From NCBI GenBank assembly GCA_002788675.1, contig PFRS01000001.1, positions 234,706 through 298,705 of the forward strand: a stretch of DNA of 64,000 bases, given 5' to 3'. A program made the translations under genes and the position numbers. The DNA comes from Candidatus Pacebacteria bacterium CG_4_9_14_0_2_um_filter_40_15 (GTDB lineage Bacteria > Patescibacteriota > Microgenomatia > UBA1400 > PJMF01). Shown piece by piece: positions 56,673 to 64,000 of this stretch; positions within the stretch are counted from its first letter, which is position 1; the number at the start of each line of letters is the position of its first letter. A model generated the notes under the pieces. That model saw nothing but the letters and a program-made list of their open reading frames with translations. It was not told where the DNA came from and searched no databases.

Positions 56673-59600
56673 TTATTTGATCTCACAAGTAGCAGTTCTC
56701 CATGGTGCCCAATTGCCCCATGCTTTTCTGAGATCGACCATAGCACGAATATTATTATCAGCCTTGATTTTTTCTTGCTCAGCAGTATCTTGTTCAACGG
56801 GAGTTGCTCCTGGAGGTAAATGTGAGTTGATGCGGGGTTGTGCAAATGAACCAATGGCAACTTTGGAGAGAGCACACTCATTAAGTCGTTCTTGGTCAAC
56901 AATGGTACAGGGCAGTTTGTAGGGATCATAGGTTGGGGCCGTATCGGGAATGCCACTACCATCTTTAAAAGCTCCTGGACAGCGAGGGAGCATATTTATC
57001 TGGAACAGACCAAGACTATAGTCAACAGATTTTCCTTCAAGACACCTATCATTGAACGCGTACGGACTGCTTCCGCTTTCTCTTTGACAAATAAGCGATG
57101 CTTTAAGTGCCTCGGTCGATGCATTTTCAAAACCAGCTTCAACAAAAAATGGTTCAAGATACTCAGGTGCACAGTACCCAGTGCCTAGTTTTTTAAGGCC
57201 ACAGGTCTCAAAATCTAAACTGCCATCAGCACCATCGTCGATATTTTTGAGGGCACCACCTGAACATTGCCCAAGTAAGAAGTGTTCCAAAGTTGGACAG
57301 GAGTCAATGTAACTGTGCGTGGCCGCTGTTGTAACTATAAACTCCTTGGTAACTGTATCTTTTGTTCCGACATAGACAGAGTTTAAAGAAAGTTGCACTT
57401 GTCGGAGCCAAAATCCAAGTTTTGCTCCGAGGAAACCAATACCTTTGTTGTCAGTTTCGATGGCAATTGAGACGTGTTCATTACAGACTTTAGGAATTGG
57501 TGAGGCTAACGGATCGTCTGGATCAATTGTTGTACCACAGTCCTTATCTGGATCAGGGAAATCAAATGATGCTGTGCCTCCAGCAACACCCATCAGGGCT
57601 CCTTCAATAGGGAAGCCATCTAGGATGCGCCCGCTTTGAGCTATCTGGTCCTTTTGGATGGAAGTGAAGAATGTGTTCATCATTACATTTTCAATTTCTT
57701 CGAGTTCAAAACCCATAGGGTAGACGAGGTAGTAGTCTGCAGTTGTTTTGCTCTCAGCTGGTGACCAAGTATCTGGACCGATTGTCCAGATGGTTTTAAT
57801 TTTTTCATACCAGGGATCAGCTGTTTTTGCTTTTTGTGGATCCATGTAGTTGTCATCGACAACATGGGTTCGATCGGCGTATTGACCAGAACCAAATAAA
57901 TTGAGTAGTAGTGTATTGCCCCACTCATTTAAGTACACTTTTCCATAGGGATCTTTAGGATCTCCTAGCCCTGCATAGTCATTTATTTGTACTACTGGTT
58001 CAGTTTCCTTGGTGTCACAGCCATAGGCCGCTCCGTTTACAATGTCGACAACTGCTTTACCGAGTTCATTCTGACAGGCTGGCGTTCCAACTCCATCTGG
58101 ATAGGATCCTTCATAACAGTAAATTTTGCTGCCTTCATTTTGAGATACAGCTGCTTCTGCTTGCAGTTGTATCTGACGGCGTCTTGCTGGACGATCAACG
58201 TCTTCGAGTTCTCGTATTTGATCACGTCTTAAAAGTATATTTCGAGTTAAATATGATGGATCATTCCAGTAGACACTACCAGAATCATCACCGCCACCTT
58301 TATTTGTAGCAATATCTGGAATTTTAAAGCCAATTACGAGTACCTCGTTTCGGGGCGCTCCCTTTTCAGTTTTACCTGTGAAGAAATTGAAGATTTTTCC
58401 AGCAAATTTGCCGCTTTTTTCTGGCTGTTTCATGTTGAGTGAGATAACCAAGAAGGCTAACCGATATGAGCGATTAATTTCCAGTGGCACATTTTGAAGA
58501 TCTTGTTTGAATTCAACAATATCTGGTGTTTGCTCAGTTTCTGGTGAGTAGAGACGTCTGCATTCTGCACTAATGCCTCCATCTCGATATGTCGGCATGA
58601 GTTCATGCATATCACCACGAACAGCATCTATAATCTTTCCAGTTCCTGGAACTTTTTGGGCAAGAAGGGTACATTCACCAGGATTAATGAGTTTTTCACA
58701 CATTAATTCAGTTGCTAAGAGCACTCTTGCAGATTGCACACAACGTTGTTGTTGACTAAGAAGAGAGTTTATTGGGGCTGAGTTAATTTCAGAGTAGCTA
58801 GGATCTTGGGTGTATACGTCTTTAAATCCAAAGTATTCCTCGAGAGAGCTCATAAGGTATTTAGTTCCTTCTGTGTCTCTCCAGATAGGTATTGTGGCAT
58901 TTGTCATGTCCCCCGATGCGACTGAATCAACAGCTATGTTAACCACAGGATAGGCTCCGGGATTTGATTTGTGAAGTTCAAGGTAGCGGGCAATAAGACC
59001 TGAAGTGTTGTATTTTGGTTTAATTTCAATATTCTCAGCAGCACAGTAGGCTTCATATCCGGAACTGGTTAGATCTTTTCTAATTTTATCAACGTCTCTC
59101 TCACCAGTGAGCATTCCTGAAATTGGTTGAAGATAGAACTGGTCTTGGTTTATGTTGTATTCAGGAAAGTCGCTTAAGTCGTAGCCGCCACTTCCACTGC
59201 CAGCCGTGATTGTGGAACAGCTTGTATCAACTTTTGTACCACCCCAGGTGAAGAGTTCACCCTCGACGTACACGAGCCACTCCCCTTCGCTTTGTAATTC
59301 TGCACAGACATTTCGAACAAGTGGCGTAATTTGCGCTGCGTTCATGCTGCCGGCTTTACTTGAAATAAATTCAAGAACTTTATTCAGATCTGTATCTGGA
59401 GGATCGTCACCACCCGGTGAAAGGGAAAACTCTGTAATATAAAGTTGTGAGCCGCCGGTACCTTGCACACCAACACTTTGTGTATCAGTTGAACCAGGAT
59501 CGCAGTCTTTACTGGTGCCACCGATACATCCATAGGAGTTTGCAGTTCTAATTTTTGCAGCTGAATAGGCACCGCCTAGACCAGACGTATCTAAAAAGAG

Positions 59601-60101
59601 CTGTGCTTTATATGCTGGGTCTCCCATGTACCAGTCAAGTGCCGATGGAGCTATATTTCCTAATCCTTTAACAGAATTATAGTTTGAAGCATAGCGTAAC
59701 CAGTCGGTACAACCAACATTATCGGAACTCCCATTATTGACTTCATTTCCGTAGGCAATGATGACATCATCACCAAAAGCTGCCTTAACTCTGTTGACCA
59801 TGGCAATCGCATCATCTGAAGCAACGGTACACGAATAGTTAATACGGACAATAGGGAAGAGCCCATTGTTTTTTGCGGCTTCAGCAAGATTATTGAGTGT
59901 ACCTTGATCTAGTCCCATGTCAGCCATAATGGTGACGGGAAAACCTGGCCGGTTACCGATAACGCCATTCATGACACTTATTTGAGTTCCAGGATCACCT
60001 GCACCAAGATGTGTGCCAATAGCAGCCTGTGCTCTAGCAGGCACAAGAAGGAAGAGTGTGAATAAAAGAAGACTGGAAAGTAATTTTTTGAGTGATCTCA
60101 C
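56673..60101 (-). CDS. Secreted glycoside hydrolase-like / lytic transglycosylase (SLT) fusion, VirB1-like
   Basis: Signal peptide (ARAQA); N-terminal GNEVN...YITEF (clan GH-A-like Glu pair); C-terminal RESG..P...N...SLGLFQIN...NNI..M...W.PW. Start placed at GTG 60101, 7 nt after TATAAT. Confidence 0.75.
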   Translation of the reverse strand: MRSLKKLLSSLLLFTLFLLVPARAQAAIGTHLGAGDPGTQISVMNGVIGNRPGFPVTIMADMGLDQGTLNNLAEAAKNNGLFPIVRINYSCTVASDDAIAMVNRVKAAFGDDVIIAYGNEVNNGSSDNVGCTDWLRYASNYNSVKGLGNIAPSALDWYMGDPAYKAQLFLDTSGLGGAYSAAKIRTANSYGCIGGTSKDCDPGSTDTQSVGVQGTGGSQLYITEFSLSPGGDDPPDTDLNKVLEFISSKAGSMNAAQITPLVRNVCAELQSEGEWLVYVEGELFTWGGTKVDTSCSTITAGSGSGGYDLSDFPEYNINQDQFYLQPISGMLTGERDVDKIRKDLTSSGYEAYCAAENIEIKPKYNTSGLIARYLELHKSNPGAYPVVNIAVDSVASGDMTNATIPIWRDTEGTKYLMSSLEEYFGFKDVYTQDPSYSEINSAPINSLLSQQQRCVQSARVLLATELMCEKLINPGECTLLAQKVPGTGKIIDAVRGDMHELMPTYRDGGISAECRRLYSPETEQTPDIVEFKQDLQNVPLEINRSYRLAFLVISLNMKQPEKSGKFAGKIFNFFTGKTEKGAPRNEVLVIGFKIPDIATNKGGGDDSGSVYWNDPSYLTRNILLRRDQIRELEDVDRPARRRQIQLQAEAAVSQNEGSKIYCYEGSYPDGVGTPACQNELGKAVVDIVNGAAYGCDTKETEPVVQINDYAGLGDPKDPYGKVYLNEWGNTLLLNLFGSGQYADRTHVVDDNYMDPQKAKTADPWYEKIKTIWTIGPDTWSPAESKTTADYYLVYPMGFELEEIENVMMNTFFTSIQKDQIAQSGRILDGFPIEGALMGVAGGTASFDFPDPDKDCGTTIDPDDPLASPIPKVCNEHVSIAIETDNKGIGFLGAKLGFWLRQVQLSLNSVYVGTKDTVTKEFIVTTAATHSYIDSCPTLEHFLLGQCSGGALKNIDDGADGSLDFETCGLKKLGTGYCAPEYLEPFFVEAGFENASTEALKASLICQRESGSSPYAFNDRCLEGKSVDYSLGLFQINMLPRCPGAFKDGSGIPDTAPTYDPYKLPCTIVDQERLNECALSKVAIGSFAQPRINSHLPPGATPVEQDTAEQEKIKADNNIRAMVDLRKAWGNWAPWRTATCEIK

Positions 60102-60173
60102 AGGCCTTATTATACCGTTAATTACGCTATTGAACAATTGCGTTTGCCTGGTACCTAAATGGTAGAAAGGTAT

Positions 60174-60608
60174 TTATAAACCTGAATCAGAAGATGGAAT
60201 TCTGAACTGTGTGATGAGACTAATTCCGGTGAAAGAAGCAATCAAGTTAAGGATAATAAATGCACTCAGGGCTACCACCATACCAATAACAGCATAAGTC
60301 ATTGAACCTTTAGCAGATTGGAGTTTTCCAGTGTCTCCTCCAGAAAGCATCCAAGTGATTGCTCCAACGACAAACATTACAAATCCAGCGAGTCCTATGA
60401 TTGTAATAATTACTGTAAAAACATTTGCAATTAAGCACTCAAGACCTTGTAGTGTAGCTACATCCTGTTGACCTTCAGCTGAACCAACACAGACGCCGCT
60501 CCAGGCACGAGTTTGTGCTTGTGCAGGAGTAGCAGCCAAAAAATATACAGCTAGCATTGTAGCGGAGACATTTAGTTGTCGAATGATTTTTTTTATTGCT
60601 GGTTTCAT
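60174..60608 (-). CDS. VirB2/TrbC-like T4SS pilin
   Basis: Signal (PAQA), TM-GAITWMLSGGDTGKLQSAKGSMTYAVIG-TM. Confidence 0.85.
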   Translation of the reverse strand: MKPAIKKIIRQLNVSATMLAVYFLAATPAQAQTRAWSGVCVGSAEGQQDVATLQGLECLIANVFTVIITIIGLAGFVMFVVGAITWMLSGGDTGKLQSAKGSMTYAVIGMVVALSAFIILNLIASFTGISLITQFRIPSSDSGL

Positions 60609-60655
60609 AGTAAAACTCTGTAGTTTTTATGTATGGTTACAGTATAGCAAACCTA

Positions 60656-61162
60656 CTAAGATAATGTTTTGGTGTTTTCAAGGACTTCTTGTAATGACTC
60701 AAATCCAAGAAAGTTCAAACCTAAAGTAAGAATAGCAAAACTTGAAGCTAAAATAATCAAGCCAATTATTGCTGCTATCAGACGTTGTCGTGCAGAATCA
60801 ACTTTGCCTTTATCTCCACCAGATGTGATCCAATAAAAGCCAGCGAGGATAAGTTGAAGAAAGACTAATAATGCTCCAAGAAGCATTACTAAACTTAAAA
60901 TCGCGTTAAAAAGAGTACCTACATTCGTTGCAAATCCTGTTGGAATGGTAATCCGAACATCTTTAAGAAGGTCATGTTTTATTTGGGCAGAAGTAGTACT
61001 GATTTTTTGAGCAGAGTTGGTCGCCGTTGTTGTTAAGTAGAGCGTTTCCCCGTCACGGTGTGTGGTAACGTCGTTACCTGTACCAGCAGCAAGAACAGCT
61101 CTGGGTTGGCAGAAGAAAAAAACAGTCATGAGTAAGAGTATAAAAAGTAATGTTTTTTTCAT
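60656..61162 (-). CDS. VirB2/TrbC-like T4SS pilin
   Basis: AGFYWITSGGDKGKVDSARQRLIAAIIG; start at MKKTLL (61162). Confidence 0.85.
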   Translation of the reverse strand: MKKTLLFILLLMTVFFFCQPRAVLAAGTGNDVTTHRDGETLYLTTTATNSAQKISTTSAQIKHDLLKDVRITIPTGFATNVGTLFNAILSLVMLLGALLVFLQLILAGFYWITSGGDKGKVDSARQRLIAAIIGLIILASSFAILTLGLNFLGFESLQEVLENTKTLS

Positions 61163-61245
61163 AACTAGTATTATAGTATCTATATCAAAATATATCAAAC
61201 ACGCTTGGCGTGTTTTTTAGCTTAAAGAAGCTAACGGCTGTACCA

Positions 61246-61274
61246 AAAGCGCCAGGCAATTTGCCTGGCGCTTT
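61246..61274 (-). terminator. Terminator of the putative major pilin gene
   Basis: AAAGCGCCAGGCA-ATT-TGCCTGGCGCTTT. Confidence 0.8.
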
Positions 61275-61292
61275 CTAGTTTCTATTTTTAGA

Positions 61293-61700
61293 TTAGTTAC
61301 TAATTGATTTAACGTTACTGAATGCATCTCCAAGGTTTTCGAAGCCGATGAAGTTAAGAGCAATCAAGAGAATTGCGTATGATGCAGCGAGAACGATAAG
61401 TCCAAGAACAGCTGCAGTAATTTTGTTACGAGCAGATTCGGTCTTGCCTTTGTCTCCACCAGAAGTAATCCATTCGATGCCACCCCAGATGAGGTACATG
61501 AATACTAAAAGTGCTGCGAGAACCATGACGAATGAAAGCACACCATTGATAAGTCCACCAATGCTGGTTGCAAATCCTGGTCCTGGAGTAATTTCTTCTC
61601 CAGTATCAATACCTTGGGCAAGTACTGGTGAAACAGTAGCCAAGTATGCTGTTCCTGTTGCTACGGCTGTAGCGAACGATTTTTTGAGTGAGTCTGTCAT
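61293..61700 (-). CDS. VirB2/TrbC-like T4SS pilin (probable major pilin)
   Basis: GGIEWITSGGDKGKTESARNKITAAVLG; has its own promoter, AAGGAG SD and terminator. Confidence 0.88.
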   Translation of the reverse strand: MTDSLKKSFATAVATGTAYLATVSPVLAQGIDTGEEITPGPGFATSIGGLINGVLSFVMVLAALLVFMYLIWGGIEWITSGGDKGKTESARNKITAAVLGLIVLAASYAILLIALNFIGFENLGDAFSNVKSISN

Positions 61701-61740
61701 GTGTCTCCTTATTTTTTTTACGGTTACAAACTTATATGTA

Positions 61741-61770
61741 ATTATACCTATGTTCCAGACTAATAGTCAA
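61741..61770 (-). promoter_or_regulatory. Sigma70 promoter of pilin 61293-61700
   Basis: TTGACT-18 nt-TATAAT. Confidence 0.75.
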
Positions 61771-61790
61771 GCATGGTTATCGAGGCGTCT

Positions 61791-62366
61791 TTAGCACTTA
61801 CTAAAGTCGTACCCTGAAATCTGATACTGAGCGCCATCTTGACAGAAGCATGGATCATAGTGGTTATAACTTAGGTGACTATCTGAGCCAAAGCATTGAA
61901 CCATTGCGATTCCTTGAGAACAATATCCAGCAGAACCACCAGCACTTACGGTTTGTTCCGTTACGGTGCAAGAAGCTTGGCCACCACCACCTCCAGCTCC
62001 ACCACCACCATTTGCAGTAGGTGATCCTAAAAAGGTAAACACTTGAATTCCTAAGAATTGTTGCACAATCATAAAGAGGGCAGTTACAGCTGAAAGAACA
62101 ATTATACCTGTGACTGCACCGGTAATTCTCTGGCGAGCTTTTTCAAGCTTGCTTTTGTCCCCTGCAGATGTGATCCATTCGATGCCACCCCAAATGAGGT
62201 AAAAGAAGACCAGTAGAGCAGCAATAAGCATGATGAAAGACATGATGCTTCCTACGAGTGGGCCAAAACCTGAAGCATGATTTGCTGGATCTAAAGAAGC
62301 TGTTCCTGGGACTGCATTGTCAACAGCTTTTTGTGCAAAATCGAGTTGTACTTGTGCGAGTTTCAT
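61791..62366 (-). CDS. VirB2/TrbC-like pilin with Gly linker and Cys-rich C-terminal domain
   Basis: GGIEWITSAGDKSKLEKARQRITGAVTG; GGGGAGGGGG linker; 6 Cys in the tail. Confidence 0.85.
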   Translation of the reverse strand: MKLAQVQLDFAQKAVDNAVPGTASLDPANHASGFGPLVGSIMSFIMLIAALLVFFYLIWGGIEWITSAGDKSKLEKARQRITGAVTGIIVLSAVTALFMIVQQFLGIQVFTFLGSPTANGGGGAGGGGGQASCTVTEQTVSAGGSAGYCSQGIAMVQCFGSDSHLSYNHYDPCFCQDGAQYQISGYDFSKC

Positions 62367-62386
62367 ATGTTCTTTCCAAGTGTGAT

Positions 62387-62854
62387 TTAGTGTCCTGCTC
62401 CTGGCCAGCCACCATCTGGTGCGCCGGTGCTATTTGGTGTTGGGAACGAGAGATTCAAGATTGAGAAGCTTTCACCAAAGAGCGCGGTACTTATGTAGCC
62501 AAGAATAACGAAACTTGAAACAAGGATGAGTAAACCAACAACAGCATGCATCATTCTGAGGCGGGCTTTCTCTAGTTTGCCTGAATCGCCACCTGCTGTA
62601 ATCCACTCAATAGAACCCCAAATAAAGTAGAAAAGAACGAGTAGACCACCAATATTTATGGCTGTTTCCCAGAGAGAAACCATGTAGCCGACAAAAATTG
62701 AGCCATCAGTGGCAGTTTCTGATGATTCTTGTGTTCCTCCTAAATCAGGAGTAAGGACAGGGTTGTTAATTGAGGCAAGAGCTTTTGTTGGTGAAAATGC
62801 AAACAGTGATACTGTCAGTACTAGAACGAAAAGGTAGATTAATTTCTTTTTCAT
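62387..62854 (-). CDS. VirB2/TrbC-like T4SS pilin
   Basis: GSIEWITAGGDSGKLEKARLRMMHAVVG. Confidence 0.85.
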   Translation of the reverse strand: MKKKLIYLFVLVLTVSLFAFSPTKALASINNPVLTPDLGGTQESSETATDGSIFVGYMVSLWETAINIGGLLVLFYFIWGSIEWITAGGDSGKLEKARLRMMHAVVGLLILVSSFVILGYISTALFGESFSILNLSFPTPNSTGAPDGGWPGAGH

Positions 62855-62858
62855 AGTG

Positions 62859-63227
62859 TTATGGTGCCGGTGCTAAATCTATTAACTTTGATGCTGGTTC
62901 AAGAAGATTGAAGCCGATGATTGAGCCAATAAGTCCAATTATTCCATATGCTGCGACAACAATAACAAGACCAAGTACTCCGTGGAGCATGCGCTCACGA
63001 GCAGTTTGCAATTTTCCACTGTCACCACCACTCGTTACCCAAGAGAGTGCTGCAATAAGGAAATAGACTATAAAGAAGATAGATGCAAAAACAGTTAACA
63101 CACCAATGGAATTAGAAATAAACAACTCTAAATTTGATAGCGCACCTTCATTTGTTTCGATGCCTTCAGTAAAGGGAGCGTCTTGAGTGTTGAAGCCTCC
63201 TCCAAATTGTGCGATGAGTGTTAACAT
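62859..63227 (-). CDS. VirB2/TrbC-like T4SS pilin
   Basis: AALSWVTSGGDSGKLQTARERMLHGVLG. Confidence 0.85.
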   Translation of the reverse strand: MLTLIAQFGGGFNTQDAPFTEGIETNEGALSNLELFISNSIGVLTVFASIFFIVYFLIAALSWVTSGGDSGKLQTARERMLHGVLGLVIVVAAYGIIGLIGSIIGFNLLEPASKLIDLAPAP

Positions 63228-63285
63228 AGTTCTATTATATCCTATTTGTATTTTTTTTGTACTCTATTTCTTCAAGAATGGTTTA

Positions 63286-63828
63286 CTATTCTGGAAGTGC
63301 TCCGCCAAGTGCTGGATTTAGCACAGCAGCAGAACTGCCATAGAAAATGACTCCAACAATTGCGGCAATTAAGTAGAACGAAGCAATTATGGCTAAGCCA
63401 ACAAGTCCCCATGTGATTTTATCTTTAACTTTTTCGTGTGCACTTGGGTTTCCAGCAGAGGTAACATACGTAAATCCTGCAAGAACAAAGTTAAACATAA
63501 CTATGATGCCGCCAATAACGGAAGCTAAGTTTATGATATTTGAAGCAAACTTAAAGAGGCCAATTTCACCTCCAGCTTCATCATTGTATTCAGCGACTCC
63601 TTGAGGAGGTTCAACTTCACCGATAATAGCTGAGCCACAGGGAGATGGAGATAAAAAACAAATACTTGAGCTTATACATAGGCAGCTTTTGTTGTCGACA
63701 CATTGTCCTGTATAGTTGCAAGACTGAGCTTGCACTTTTGGCGGAGTAAAAAAGAAAGCAGCTGCAAAAAACAGCCCCAAAAAAATTGAAAAAAATGTAT
63801 GTGAAAGTTTTGAATGACGTACAGACAT
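63286..63828 (-). CDS. VirB2/TrbC-like pilin with Cys-rich N-terminal extension
   Basis: Start MSVRHS (63828); 6 Cys after the signal; AGFTYVTSAGNPSAHEKVKDKITWGLVG. Confidence 0.82.
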   Translation of the reverse strand: MSVRHSKLSHTFFSIFLGLFFAAAFFFTPPKVQAQSCNYTGQCVDNKSCLCISSSICFLSPSPCGSAIIGEVEPPQGVAEYNDEAGGEIGLFKFASNIINLASVIGGIIVMFNFVLAGFTYVTSAGNPSAHEKVKDKITWGLVGLAIIASFYLIAAIVGVIFYGSSAAVLNPALGGALPE

Positions 63829-63829
63829 A

Positions 63830-64000
63830 TTATGGTGTTCCTGGTCCAGTAATAGTCGGGTTGAGTAAGTATAAGGAATTTCCAAAAAAGACAGTACCCA
63901 AGATACCCGCTACTGCATATACGGTTACAATTAAGATCATTCCTAGAATACTCATGGTTAATCGATCACGGACTTTTATGTGTGTCTGAGAATTTCCACT
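63830..64000 (-). CDS. VirB2/TrbC-like pilin, 3' part (5' end beyond window edge)
   Basis: Not in track. Hand translation ...SGNSQTHIKVRDRLTMSILGMILIVTVYAVAGILGTVFFGNSLYLLNPTITGPGTP*, paralogous to 63286-63828. Confidence 0.8.
   Translation of the reverse strand, partial: SGNSQTHIKVRDRLTMSILGMILIVTVYAVAGILGTVFFGNSLYLLNPTITGPGTP

Noticed and set aside
1363-63989. Numerous 60-200-aa antisense or alternate-frame ORFs in the track (e.g. 1363-1962, 11785-12387, 37159-37749, 61348-61794)
   Set aside because: Shadow ORFs overlapping well-supported genes, with no motifs of their own.
38040-64000. Integrative conjugative element or prophage
   Set aside because: No integrase, relaxase, att repeats or phage structural genes seen; promoter style matches the core genes.
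1-64000. CRISPR array, tRNA, rRNA, transposase, reverse transcriptase/DGR
   Set aside because: No regularly spaced repeats, cloverleafs, rRNA motifs or such enzyme motifs found by eye.

Overview
Chromosomal origin region of a small-genome bacterium. Gene content and protein families point to Patescibacteria/CPR, probably Microgenomates (inference; no database search was run). The centre holds dnaA-oriC-dnaN-rpmH-rnpA-yidD-yidC-jag-rnhA, all on the minus strand. The left arm has type IV pilins, obgE, a LysM/M23 peptidase, rho, a sortase, a VirD4/TraD-like coupling ATPase, radA, valS, rplY and an SD-led four-gene operon that looks like a divergent PspA (ESCRT-III-like) system. The right arm is a relaxase-free, T4SS-like locus abutting dnaA: VirB4, a TraC-N-like protein, PrgI, a large zincin-tipped protein with a coupled partner, a VirB6-like protein, a GH-A/lytic transglycosylase fusion and at least 8 tandem VirB2/TrbC-like pilins. 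Signals missing from the ORF track include a compact cobalamin-type riboswitch (49367-49443, minus) ahead of an unknown 638-aa gene at the head of the T4SS run, two promoter-to-terminator structured ncRNA candidates (~8975-9375 minus; ~24900-25030 plus), a 56-aa ORF sharing a C-terminal RAGS-stop with the VirB6-like protein, pervasive leaderless promoters, and a B. subtilis-like DnaA-trio unwinding element.
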